64,000 nucleotides of DNA from Pseudorhodobacter sp. GTDB lineage: Bacteria; Pseudomonadota; Alphaproteobacteria; Rhodobacterales; Rhodobacteraceae. The stretch spans positions 6,027 through 70,026 of the forward strand of contig JANNSG010000085.1 in the NCBI GenBank assembly GCA_031402355.1. Direction: 5' to 3'. The notes beneath the pieces were generated by a model. The model ran no database searches and was not told where the DNA came from. It saw nothing but the letters and a program-made list of their open reading frames with translations. A program made the translations under genes and the position numbers. Positions 1-8,788 of this stretch are shown piece by piece; within the stretch, counting starts at the first letter, position 1, and every line of letters begins with the position of its first letter.

Positions 1-25
1 GAATAGCACGAATAGATTGAATCAT
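1..25 (-). CDS. First 8 codons of an unidentified gene running off the left edge
   Basis: ATG at complement 25..23 (MIQSIRAI...) with GGGGGA SD-like motif at complement 33..38. Too short to identify. Confidence 0.25.
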
Positions 26-134
26 CGTTCAGTCCCCCTGTCTTTGATCGCCTTACGCTACTGGTCAGATATTTTTGCGTCATTGCACGTTCGATGAAAT
101 CAAAACACAAATCTGTGAACCTTCCAGTGCAATA

Positions 135-1280
135 TCACGGCGCTTCCGTCACGTTCTTGCGGTAAATCCAGTCAAAGCGTGCGAGGGGCCGCGCGGGCGT
201 GACAATGGCCGCTGCCCGCATCACGGTCTGCAGGGCTATGCGGCGAGGGCCCGCAGCGTGGTAGATTTTGGCCGCGCTGTTGGCGGCCTCGACGATGCGG
301 GTGGTGCGATCTTTGCGTGCGGCCTGATAGGCAGCAAGCGCCTTGGCCTGATCAGGTTTGCGCGCCAAAGCGTCTGCCAGCACCCAAGCATCTTCAAGCG
401 CCATATTTGCACCCTGTGCCAGAAACGGCAGTGTCGGATGCGCCGCATCGCCCAGCAAGACCAGCCTGTCGCCATACCAGTCTCTGGCCACCGGATGCCG
501 GAACAGACCCCATAGGCCGACGTCCTGCACCTGCGCCAGCCAGGTCTGCACACGCGGCCCGAAGCCGGCGAAAGCCGCCCGCAGATGATCGGGATTGTCA
601 CTGTTTGACCAGCCCTCGGCAGCCCATGTCCCGCGTTCTTCAACGGCCACGATATTGCGCAAGATGCCGCCACGCAGCGGATAGCTGACCAGATGGCGGC
701 CGGGACCCATGAACACTTCGGCGACGGTGGCGCCGCCATCACCCGGCAGCATGGCGCGCCAAGCCACCTGGCCGGTGTAAAACGGCGCAGCGGGCCCGTT
801 CAACACGCCGCGAGCCTGTGATTTCACCCCGTCTGCGCCCACGATCAAGGCGGCATTCAGCACTTTGCCGTCGTGCAGGGCGACCCAACCCGGACCAACG
901 GATTTGACTTCGGTTGCAAAGCGCAGGGTCACGCCGGCTTGTTGCGCGCCATCGGCAAGTAGACCGGTCAGATCGGCCCGGTGCAGCAGGCGGTAATCCT
1001 GTCCGGCCAGATCCATGTTCAGCAAGGCTACGCCCGCACTGTTGCGCAAGACAATACCCCGGTTCGCCAGCCCCGCCGTATCCAGTGCCGCGCCAAGACC
1101 CAGCGCCCGCAGCACGACCGCACCATTCGGGCTGATCTGAATGCCGGCCCCGACGTCCTGCAATTGGTGCGCTTGTTCCAGCACGGTAACATCGGCGCCG
1201 TGCAAGGCCAAGGCGCGCGCCACTGCCAGCCCGGCGATGCCCGCCCCGATCACGACAACGCTTTGGCCCATCAGCGCCAT
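135..1280 (-). CDS. FAD-dependent monooxygenase (salicylate hydroxylase / UbiH-like)
   Basis: Track ORF 135..1373. N-terminal Rossmann motif VVVIGAGIAGL and C-terminal GDAAHP motif. The start was trimmed to the Met just before the GxGxxG (1280 or 1271), because the longer form overlaps dksA and its terminator. Confidence 0.8.
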   Translation of the reverse strand: MALMGQSVVVIGAGIAGLAVARALALHGADVTVLEQAHQLQDVGAGIQISPNGAVVLRALGLGAALDTAGLANRGIVLRNSAGVALLNMDLAGQDYRLLHRADLTGLLADGAQQAGVTLRFATEVKSVGPGWVALHDGKVLNAALIVGADGVKSQARGVLNGPAAPFYTGQVAWRAMLPGDGGATVAEVFMGPGRHLVSYPLRGGILRNIVAVEERGTWAAEGWSNSDNPDHLRAAFAGFGPRVQTWLAQVQDVGLWGLFRHPVARDWYGDRLVLLGDAAHPTLPFLAQGANMALEDAWVLADALARKPDQAKALAAYQAARKDRTTRIVEAANSAAKIYHAAGPRRIALQTVMRAAAIVTPARPLARFDWIYRKNVTEAP

Positions 1281-1289
1281 TGCACCCCC

Positions 1290-1318
1290 AAAAGCAAAAC
1301 GCCGGGGACGTCCCCGGC
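1290..1318 (-). terminator. Intrinsic terminator downstream of dksA
   Basis: Perfect 18-bp palindrome GCCGGGGACGTCCCCGGC (1301..1318), followed on the minus strand by GTTTTGCTTTT. Confidence 0.7.
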
Positions 1319-1338
1319 GTTGCCTGTTGCTTTGCGCA

Positions 1339-1812
1339 TCAGTCTTCGCGGTGAACCCGTTCGCGGCGTTCATGCTTTTCTTGCGCTTCCAGCGTCATCA
1401 CCGCAATCGGGCGGGCGTCCAGACGCTTGAGCGAGATCTGCTCGCCCGACACTTCGCAATAGCCAAACTCGCCGTTTTCAATGCGGCGCAATGCTGCGTC
1501 GATCTTGGACACCAGTTTGCGTTGCCTGTCGCGGGTGCGCAATTCAAGCGCACGGTCGGTTTCTTCGGACGCGCGGTCAGCGATATCAGGCACGTTGCGG
1601 CCCGAATCCTGCAGACCTTCGATGGTCTCAGCGCTTTGGCTCATCAATTCATTTTTCCAGACAATCAGCTTTCGGCGAAAATATTCCAACTGCCGATCAT
1701 TCATGAAGGGTTCATTTTCGGCGGGCCGGTAATCGTCGGGAAGAAACACTTCTACCTTCATAACACCACTCTCCAAATTGCCGGAATACTCCGACAGGGG
1801 GCCATCTGTCAT
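1339..1812 (-). CDS. dksA: RNA polymerase-binding transcription factor DksA (Zn-finger-less variant)
   Basis: Coiled-coil tip motif DIADRA (DxxDxA). C-terminal region GYCEVSGEQISLKRLDARPIAVMTLEAQ aligns with the DksA C4 region. GGAG SD precedes 1812, and an alternative start at 1761 also has GGAGAG. Confidence 0.9.
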   Translation of the reverse strand: MTDGPLSEYSGNLESGVMKVEVFLPDDYRPAENEPFMNDRQLEYFRRKLIVWKNELMSQSAETIEGLQDSGRNVPDIADRASEETDRALELRTRDRQRKLVSKIDAALRRIENGEFGYCEVSGEQISLKRLDARPIAVMTLEAQEKHERRERVHRED

Positions 1813-1933
1813 TGCATGCTCCTATTGAGGCGTCGTGTAGCGCAAGAATGTTCGATTGTCACTAGCGGTTGCGCCGAATTCGGCGGCCCGTTAGGCTTAC
1901 CTTATCAATTCCTTATAGAGGCTTGTCCTGCCG

Positions 1934-2773
1934 ATGAAATTTGCCTCGACCCCGGCCTATGTGGCGACCGATGATCTGATCATGGCAGTAAATGCCGCAG
2001 TCACGTTGGAGCGGCCTTTGCTGGTGAAAGGCGAGCCCGGGACCGGCAAGACCGAGCTTGCACGGCAAGTGGCAAAGGCACTGGCGATGCCGATCATCGA
2101 ATGGCATGTGAAATCGACAACCAAGGCGCAGCAAGGGCTTTACGATTACGATGCCGTCAGCCGGTTGCGCGACAGCCAATTGGGTGATGCAAGGGTCAAT
2201 GATGTGGCCAATTACATTCGCCGCGGCAAGCTTTGGCAGGCCTTTGCCGCCCCTGCCCGCGTCGTTTTGCTGATCGACGAGATAGACAAGGCCGATATCG
2301 AGTTTCCCAACGATCTTTTGCAGGAACTGGACCGGATGGAGTTCCATGTCTACGAGACCGGGCAGACGATTTCGGCGCGGCACCGGCCGGTGGTCATCAT
2401 CACCTCAAACAACGAAAAAGAATTGCCCGACGCGTTTTTGCGCCGTTGCTTTTTCCATTTCATCACCTTCCCGGATGCCGACACCCTGCGCCGGATCGTC
2501 GATGTGCATTTTCCGGGCATCAAGGCGGACCTTCTCTCGACCGCGTTGACCCAGTTCTTTGATCTGCGCGAAACGCCGGGCTTGAAGAAAAAGCCGTCAA
2601 CCTCGGAAATGCTGGATTGGTTGAAGCTGTTGCTGGCGGATGATCTGACAGCCGAGGATCTGCGACGCGACGGGGCAAAGTCGCTGCCCCGGCTACATGG
2701 TGCGCTGCTAAAGAACGAACAGGACGTGCATCTGTTTGAACGGCTGGCCTTCATGTCGCGCGGGCAACGCTGA
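1934..2773 (+). CDS. MoxR-like AAA+ ATPase (AAA_5 type)
   Basis: Walker A GEPGTGKT, Walker B LLIDEIDK and sensor region SNNEKELPDAFLRRC. 279 aa. Confidence 0.85.
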   Translation: MKFASTPAYVATDDLIMAVNAAVTLERPLLVKGEPGTGKTELARQVAKALAMPIIEWHVKSTTKAQQGLYDYDAVSRLRDSQLGDARVNDVANYIRRGKLWQAFAAPARVVLLIDEIDKADIEFPNDLLQELDRMEFHVYETGQTISARHRPVVIITSNNEKELPDAFLRRCFFHFITFPDADTLRRIVDVHFPGIKADLLSTALTQFFDLRETPGLKKKPSTSEMLDWLKLLLADDLTAEDLRRDGAKSLPRLHGALLKNEQDVHLFERLAFMSRGQR

Positions 2774-3024
2774 CCCGGATCGGCAGCCGATTCGCATGGT
2801 TCCGGGGCCGAATGATGATCACAGAGCCGGCAAAATCTTGTCATGCTTTGACATAATCCGTGACAAGCAAAAGAAGATGTCGTGTCAGGCCCTGATGGTG
2901 CCGCGATGGGTAGTCATGCCAAACCTTGGGCATTTTCAAAACATTGACAGAAAGAAGCCGCAGTCCCGACACTGGCCGCTGATGGATTGGCGCTAGGTCG
3001 ATTGCAACTTGAAAATGAGCCCGA

Positions 3025-3480
3025 ATGTCGGCACCGCTGTCCTTAACCGTTCGACCCGTCGCAGCTTCTGACGAGAGCCAATGGCGCGATTTGTGGCAGG
3101 CCTATCTTGCGTTTTATGAAACCGAACTGCCCGAGACGACCTATCGCGACACGTTTCGCAGGCTGATCGCGGGCGACGCAGGGATGTATGGCCTGCTGGC
3201 GGTATCAGACGGTGCAGCCCTGGGTTTGGTGCATTACCTCTACCATCAGAATTTCTGGAAACCCGCGCCGATCTGCTATTTGCAGGATTTGTTCACCACG
3301 CCCGCCGCGCGCGGCAAAGGGGTTGCACGCACGCTGATGCAAGCGGTATTTGCCGCCGCAGCCAAATCGGGCAGTCCTGATGTCTATTGGCTGACGGCCG
3401 AGACAAATTATGCCGGGCGGCTTTTGTATGACCAACTTGGCGCCAAGACCCCCTTCATCGTCTATGAACGGGCGGTCTAG
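3025..3480 (+). CDS. GNAT family N-acetyltransferase
   Basis: 151 aa with acetyl-CoA binding motif region TTPAARGKGVARTLM (Q/RxxGxG/A-like). Confidence 0.75.
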   Translation: MSAPLSLTVRPVAASDESQWRDLWQAYLAFYETELPETTYRDTFRRLIAGDAGMYGLLAVSDGAALGLVHYLYHQNFWKPAPICYLQDLFTTPAARGKGVARTLMQAVFAAAAKSGSPDVYWLTAETNYAGRLLYDQLGAKTPFIVYERAV

Positions 3481-4839
3481 ATGCGCAACGGTATCGCAGC
3501 CTTTGTGTTGTTGCTTGCGGCTTGCGCCCCCGCAGACCGCGCCGAGGTGACCAAAGCCTATCCTTTTGACGCCACCACACCGGTGGCCTTGCCGGCCATG
3601 AAGGCCTTTGCCCCACAACCCGGGATTGCACCGACCCGCAGCAACCGCGATATCGCCGCCGATTTCATGGATCTGGAATTCAGCCTTGAAAGCGGGCGCA
3701 CCTTGCCGTTTCTGACCCGGTTTGATGGCACCGTGACAGTCGCCCTGCGCGGCGATGTTCCTGCAACGGCATCGGCCGATCTGGGGCATCTGATGGCGCG
3801 ATTGCGCGCCGAGGCAGGCATCGACATCGCATCGGCGCAGGGACCGGGTGCGGCCATCGTCATCGAGTTTCTGCCCCGCGCCCGCATGCAGGCGGTGGTG
3901 CCGACAGCCGCCTGTTTTGTTGCCCCGCGCGTCGCAAGCTGGGCCGAATACCGCAAAAGCCGCAACAGCGACACACTGGATTGGGCAACCCTGACCCGCC
4001 GAGAGCATCTGGTGATCTTCATCCCCTCGGACACCAGCCCGCAAGAAGTGCGCGACTGCCTGCATGAGGAACTGGCACAGGCGCTCGGGCCGCTGAACGA
4101 TCTGTACCGGCTGCCGGATTCGGTGTTCAACGACGATAATTTTCAAGCCGTTCTGACCGGCTTTGACATGTTGATGCTGCGTTTGCACTATAGCCCTGAA
4201 TTGCAAAACGGCATGACGGCGCAGGACATTGCGGCGCGTCTGCCAGCGTTGTTGGCGCGGCTGAACCCGCAGGGCGAATTTGCTGGCAAAACGGGCAACC
4301 GTGCGAATTCGCAAAACTGGATTGACCTGATCGAAACCGCGTTGGGACCAAAGACATCGGATGGTGCGCGTCTGCGGGCGGCGGAAAGCGCGCTGGGGAT
4401 TGCCCGGCAACAAGGGTACGGCGACAACAGGCTGGCGTTCAGCTATTTCGCGGTCGGGCGGTTGAATCTGGGCCGGGACATTCCCCGCGCGGTCGCCTCG
4501 TTTTCGCAAGCGGCCCAGCTTTATCAGACCCTTCCCGACGGGCCGGTGCATTCGGCGCATGTCGATATGCAGATGGCGGCTTTTGCTTTGTCATCTGGCC
4601 AGCCAGAAGCGGCGATTGCGCTTGCCGATACGTCAATCCCGGTTGCCATGCGCGCGCAAAATGCCGCATTGCTGGCCACGCTGATGCTGTTGAAAGCACA
4701 GGCGCTTGATGAACTGGGGCGCGACGACGCAGCAAGTGCCGTTCGGCTCGACAGTCTGGGTTGGGCACGATATGGCTTTGGATCAGATCAGAATGTGCGC
4801 GACCGGATCAGGGATATTGCCGCGCTTTCATCACTTTAG
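3481..4839 (+). CDS. Lipoprotein with DUF2927-like N-terminal region and helical-repeat C-terminal region
   Basis: Signal peptide plus lipobox LLLAAC. Motif CLHEELAQALGPLND resembles the conserved core I recall for DUF2927 lipoproteins. The ATG directly abuts the GNAT stop codon. Confidence 0.6.
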   Translation: MRNGIAAFVLLLAACAPADRAEVTKAYPFDATTPVALPAMKAFAPQPGIAPTRSNRDIAADFMDLEFSLESGRTLPFLTRFDGTVTVALRGDVPATASADLGHLMARLRAEAGIDIASAQGPGAAIVIEFLPRARMQAVVPTAACFVAPRVASWAEYRKSRNSDTLDWATLTRREHLVIFIPSDTSPQEVRDCLHEELAQALGPLNDLYRLPDSVFNDDNFQAVLTGFDMLMLRLHYSPELQNGMTAQDIAARLPALLARLNPQGEFAGKTGNRANSQNWIDLIETALGPKTSDGARLRAAESALGIARQQGYGDNRLAFSYFAVGRLNLGRDIPRAVASFSQAAQLYQTLPDGPVHSAHVDMQMAAFALSSGQPEAAIALADTSIPVAMRAQNAALLATLMLLKAQALDELGRDDAASAVRLDSLGWARYGFGSDQNVRDRIRDIAALSSL

Positions 4840-4894
4840 ACCAGGGGCCCGATCTGCGCGTGCAGTCCGGCCTCGCGACTTGGGGCACAGGCGA

Positions 4895-5059
4895 ATGATA
4901 GTTATTGCAGGCATGGTTCTGGGCGCTTTGACAGGGTCTGTCACTGCCCGAAGGCGGGGCGGCAAGATGCTGGATATGCTGCAATATGGCGCGGTCTACG
5001 GCATCGCCTTTTCAGTCATCGGCATGTTTGTTACGATCATTCTTGAACGCAGTCTCTGA
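4895..5059 (+). CDS. Small two-TM membrane protein (54 aa)
   Basis: Internal ATG of track ORF 4706..5059. MIVIAGMVLGALTG...GIAFSVIGMFVTIIL gives two hydrophobic helices separated by RRRGGK. The upstream part of the ORF overlaps the preceding gene. Confidence 0.5.
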   Translation: MIVIAGMVLGALTGSVTARRRGGKMLDMLQYGAVYGIAFSVIGMFVTIILERSL

Positions 5060-5064
5060 CCCGA

Positions 5065-6249
5065 ATGTTTGCGCGGTTTTTCGACACGCTGCGCCAGACC
5101 GGGGTGCCGGTCTCTATCCGCGAGTATCTGGCTTTTCTGGAGGGCATGGCTGCGGGCCTAGCAACCTATGACATCGACGCTTTCTACTACTTTGCCCGCA
5201 CCGCTATGGTAAAGGACGAACGCCATCTTGATCGCTTTGACCGGGCATTCTCCGAAAGCTTCAAAGGGTTGGAAAGCCTGTCGCCGGAGCAGATCCCGAA
5301 CAGTGTCGATTTGCCAGCCGACTGGTTGGCTAAGCTTGCTGAAAAGCACCTTTCGGACGAGGATAAGGCTGCGATCGCTGCTTCGGGCGGGTTTGAGGCG
5401 TTGATGGAAAGGTTGCGCCAAAGGCTTGCTGACCAGCAAGGCCGCCACCAGGGGGGCAGCAAATGGATCGGCACAGCGGGCACGTCGCCGTTTGGGGCCT
5501 ATGGATATAACCCCGAAGGCGTGCGGATCGGACAAGACGAAAGCCGCCATCAGCGTGCCGTCAAAGTTTGGGACAAGCGCGCCTTTCGCAATCTGGATGA
5601 CCGGGTTGAACTTGGCACCCGCAACATCAAGTTAGCCCTGCGCCGGTTGCGAAAATGGGCAAGGGATGGGGCCGACCAGGAGCTTGATCTTGATGGCACC
5701 ATTCGGGCCACCGCCGATCACGGCTATCTTGATGTGCAAACCCGGCCCGAGCGGCGCAATGCGGTAAAGGTGCTGCTGTTTCTGGATATCGGCGGATCAA
5801 TGGATGCACATGTAAAGGTGCTGGAGGAACTGTTCAGCGCCGCCCGCGCCGAATTCAAGACGCTTGTTCCATTCTATTTTCACAACTGCCTGTACGAAGG
5901 TGTCTGGCGCGACAACGCGCGACGCTGGGATGCGCAAACCCTGACGCCAGAGGTGATGCGCACCTACGGATCCGACTACAAATGCATTTTCGTAGGCGAC
6001 GCCGCGATGAGCCCCTATGAAATCCTGCATCCGGGTGGCGCAAGTGAACACTGGAACCCGGAGACCGGGCAGGTCTGGCTGCAGCGCGCCTGCCAACACT
6101 GGCCACAGCACCTGTGGATCAACCCGGTGCCCGAGGTCTATTGGCCGCAAACCCAGTCGACCCGGCTGATCAACGGCATTTTCGCAGGTCGGATGGTGCC
6201 GATGACGCTGGACGGCATCGGGCGCGGCATCCGGATGCTGGGGCGATGA
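5065..6249 (+). CDS. VWA domain-containing protein (CoxE-like partner of MoxR ATPases)
   Basis: 394 aa. The C-terminal region LLFLDIGGSMD is a MIDAS-like DxGGS motif. The N-terminal MFARFFDTLRQTGVPVS is typical of the COG3825-type proteins I recall pairing with MoxR. Confidence 0.75.
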   Translation: MFARFFDTLRQTGVPVSIREYLAFLEGMAAGLATYDIDAFYYFARTAMVKDERHLDRFDRAFSESFKGLESLSPEQIPNSVDLPADWLAKLAEKHLSDEDKAAIAASGGFEALMERLRQRLADQQGRHQGGSKWIGTAGTSPFGAYGYNPEGVRIGQDESRHQRAVKVWDKRAFRNLDDRVELGTRNIKLALRRLRKWARDGADQELDLDGTIRATADHGYLDVQTRPERRNAVKVLLFLDIGGSMDAHVKVLEELFSAARAEFKTLVPFYFHNCLYEGVWRDNARRWDAQTLTPEVMRTYGSDYKCIFVGDAAMSPYEILHPGGASEHWNPETGQVWLQRACQHWPQHLWINPVPEVYWPQTQSTRLINGIFAGRMVPMTLDGIGRGIRMLGR

Positions 6250-6295
6250 TCCTGCCCCACTTGTCAGGCTGGGATGACCACGCCATATCACTGGC

Positions 6296-6988
6296 ATGGT
6301 AAAGTTCATTCCCTTTGTGTTGGCCATCGGCTACGCGGTGATCCTGTATCTGTTTTCCGTCTGGCGGACGACAAAGATGCTGGATGCGCAAAGCAAGCCG
6401 CTGACCGACCCCGACTTGCTGGCCATGACCGCGCGGCTGGCGACGGCCCTTGAGGTGCCCGTCATCAAGGTGAATATCTTTGACATCGATCCGGTCAACG
6501 GCCTTGCCGCCCCCGACGGGCGCATTTTTCTGACCCGGGGGTTCTTGGCCAAATACACTGCAAACCAGGTGACCGCCGCCGAATTGGCCAGCGTCATCGC
6601 GCATGAGCTGGGTCATGTGGCCCTGGGCCATTCCCGCCGCCGGATGATTGATTTTACCGGCAAGAATGCAATGTTCGTTCTGCTGTCGGCGGTGCTGAAC
6701 CGGTTCTTGCCGTTTGTCGGCATCTGGATTGCCAATTTCATCGCAACAGCCCTGGCGGCACGGCTGTCACGGCGAGATGAGCATGAGGCGGATGCCTATG
6801 CCTCGGCGCTTCTGGTCAAGGCCGGCATCGGCACCGCGCCGCAAAAGTCCATGTTCCGCAAACTGGAGGCGCTGACCGGCATGCCGGGTTCGGGAATGCC
6901 GGCCTGGCTGATGAGCCACCCGAAGATTGAAGAACGAATAGCCGCTATTGAAGAGCGCGAGGTGCGTTGGTCGGTTCAGCCGTCGTGA
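6296..6988 (+). CDS. M48 family zinc metallopeptidase (HtpX-like)
   Basis: HELGHVALGH (HExxH) with a downstream acidic ligand region (RRDEHEAD). N-terminal TM helix. Confidence 0.8.
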   Translation: MVKFIPFVLAIGYAVILYLFSVWRTTKMLDAQSKPLTDPDLLAMTARLATALEVPVIKVNIFDIDPVNGLAAPDGRIFLTRGFLAKYTANQVTAAELASVIAHELGHVALGHSRRRMIDFTGKNAMFVLLSAVLNRFLPFVGIWIANFIATALAARLSRRDEHEADAYASALLVKAGIGTAPQKSMFRKLEALTGMPGSGMPAWLMSHPKIEERIAAIEEREVRWSVQPS

Positions 6989-7521
6989 AGCGCGCGGGCA
7001 AGACGGGGCAACCCTGCCCGCTTGAGAAAGGCGCGAAGCGGCTGCGGTTGGCCGGACAACCGTTCAGCCGTTGCATGAACCTTGCCGATCACTGCAGCCA
7101 CCCGATCGTCGTGATGCGACCACATTTCCCACAAGAAACCGTCGGGGTCACGCCGCGCCAGACCCTCTGCGGCAAGCAAATGGCGCGGGAAATCGCGGGC
7201 ATTGAAAGTGATGATGGCATCGGCACTGCCGGCGATGGCCACTGCCAGCACATGAATATCATTTTCATCGGGCAGATGCAGCCGCGCCTCCAGCCCCGGT
7301 TGGGCGGCGATGCTGGCTTTGGGAAACGCCGCCTGTAGCAGCGCCGCCTCGCCGCGGGCGATCTGCACGGCATCGGGGCTGATCTTTGCCATGGCACGCG
7401 CCCATTCTTCGAGTATCCGGTCTGACCAAAGCGGCGTGTAAAGCCCGGCCTGGGCAACACCGATCAAAATCTCGCGCAGCACCGTTGGATACAGCACGCA
7501 AGCATCAAGGACCGCCTTCAC
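6976..7521 (-). CDS. PIN domain-containing protein (VapC-like putative RNase)
   Basis: N-terminal LDACVL acidic motif, then PDENDIHVLAVAI and IITFNARDF. GTG start overlaps the stop of the upstream methyltransferase (GTGA). Confidence 0.65.
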   Translation of the reverse strand: MKAVLDACVLYPTVLREILIGVAQAGLYTPLWSDRILEEWARAMAKISPDAVQIARGEAALLQAAFPKASIAAQPGLEARLHLPDENDIHVLAVAIAGSADAIITFNARDFPRHLLAAEGLARRDPDGFLWEMWSHHDDRVAAVIGKVHATAERLSGQPQPLRAFLKRAGLPRLARALHDG

Positions 7522-8762
7522 CCGTCAAGCCGGAAGAAGAGCGCCTTCAGATAGGCGGATTCGGCCAGCTGCGGCAGCATCGGATGATCAGGCCCGGCAA
7601 AGCCCGTGTGCAGCAGTTGCGCGCGTCGCCCGCCGCGACCGATGCCGCGCGCACAAGCATTGCGGAAGGTGGCAAGATCGGCGGCGTGCGAACACGAACA
7701 CAAGACCAGATAGCCCCCGGGCGCCACCAGCGGGGCCGCCAGACGCGCCAGACGTTCATAAGCGCGAAGTCCCGCCTCAAGGGCCGGTTTGTTCGGCGCA
7801 AAGGCCGGAGGGTCGCAAACGACAATGTCGAACTGGCCGGGGTTGGCCCCCAGATCCTCAAGCACGGCAAATGCATCGCCTTGCCGTGTTTCGAACTGTG
7901 CGCCAAAACCAGACGCCGCAGCCCCTTGTGTGGCCAATGCCAATGCCGGGGAGGACGCATCGACTGCAAGCGCATGTGAAGCCCCGCCTGCAAGTGCCGC
8001 CAAAGCAAAGCCGCCGACATGCGAAAACATGTCCAGCACCTTGGCACCCGGCGCCAATCGCTGCACGAAGGCATGGTTCGGTCGCTGATCGAAAAACAGG
8101 CCGGTTTTCTGGCCACCAAGCAGATCGGCCATATAGATGGCCCCAGTCATAGGAACGGCAATCGGGCCATCGGCCCTGCCTTGCAGAACCTGCGTTTCCT
8201 CGGCCATGCCCTCCAGCCCGCGTGACCGACCGGTGCCGTTCTTGATCACCGAAACTATTCCGGTGACCTGCACCAAAGCCTGCGTCAACAGATCGAGATG
8301 GGTTTCGGCCCATTGCGCGTTTGGCTGGATGACGGCGGTATCGCCAAAGCGGTCGATCACCACGCCGGGCAGGCCGTCTGCTTCGGCATGGACCAGACGG
8401 TAGTAGGGCGCATCATATAGCCGCGACCGCAGCGCAAGCGCACGCGCAACGCGGGCGGCAAACCAGTCGGTATCCAGCGTCGCATCAGGATTGCGGTCCA
8501 GCATCCGTGCGATGATCTTGGAGTTGGTGTTGACTGTGACCAGACCCAAGGGGCGCCGCTCGGCATCCTCGAGGACGGCAAGTGCGCCGGGAGCAAGGCT
8601 CTGCGTGCGCCGGTCGGTGACCAGCTCATCCGCATAGACCCACGGAAAGCCATGCCGGATGGCGCGGGCTTCAGCCTTTGGTTTCAGGCGGACAACTGGC
8701 CTGCCGCCGTATTGGGTGACGGGCGCATCAGCGGCGAGGTCGGTGGGATCAGGGGATGTCAT
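7518..8762 (-). CDS. Class I SAM-dependent rRNA methyltransferase, RlmI-like (PUA plus MTase)
   Basis: SAM-binding VLDMFSHVGGFALAA and catalytic-region DIVVCDPPAF. 414 aa. Confidence 0.8.
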   Translation of the reverse strand: MTSPDPTDLAADAPVTQYGGRPVVRLKPKAEARAIRHGFPWVYADELVTDRRTQSLAPGALAVLEDAERRPLGLVTVNTNSKIIARMLDRNPDATLDTDWFAARVARALALRSRLYDAPYYRLVHAEADGLPGVVIDRFGDTAVIQPNAQWAETHLDLLTQALVQVTGIVSVIKNGTGRSRGLEGMAEETQVLQGRADGPIAVPMTGAIYMADLLGGQKTGLFFDQRPNHAFVQRLAPGAKVLDMFSHVGGFALAALAGGASHALAVDASSPALALATQGAAASGFGAQFETRQGDAFAVLEDLGANPGQFDIVVCDPPAFAPNKPALEAGLRAYERLARLAAPLVAPGGYLVLCSCSHAADLATFRNACARGIGRGGRRAQLLHTGFAGPDHPMLPQLAESAYLKALFFRLDG

Positions 8763-8788
8763 GACATTCCCTTACTTGGTTCCGATGC

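Noticed and set aside
2736-2996. 86-aa ORF in the moxR-GNAT gap
   Set aside because: It begins inside moxR in another frame and lacks an SD. The region looks regulatory (inverted repeats), and I have no motif support.
3205-4560. 451-aa ORF on the minus strand
   Set aside because: It lies entirely antisense to the lipoprotein gene. The Arg/Gly/Pro/Gln-rich low-complexity translation has no motifs. This is a typical spurious open frame in high-GC DNA.
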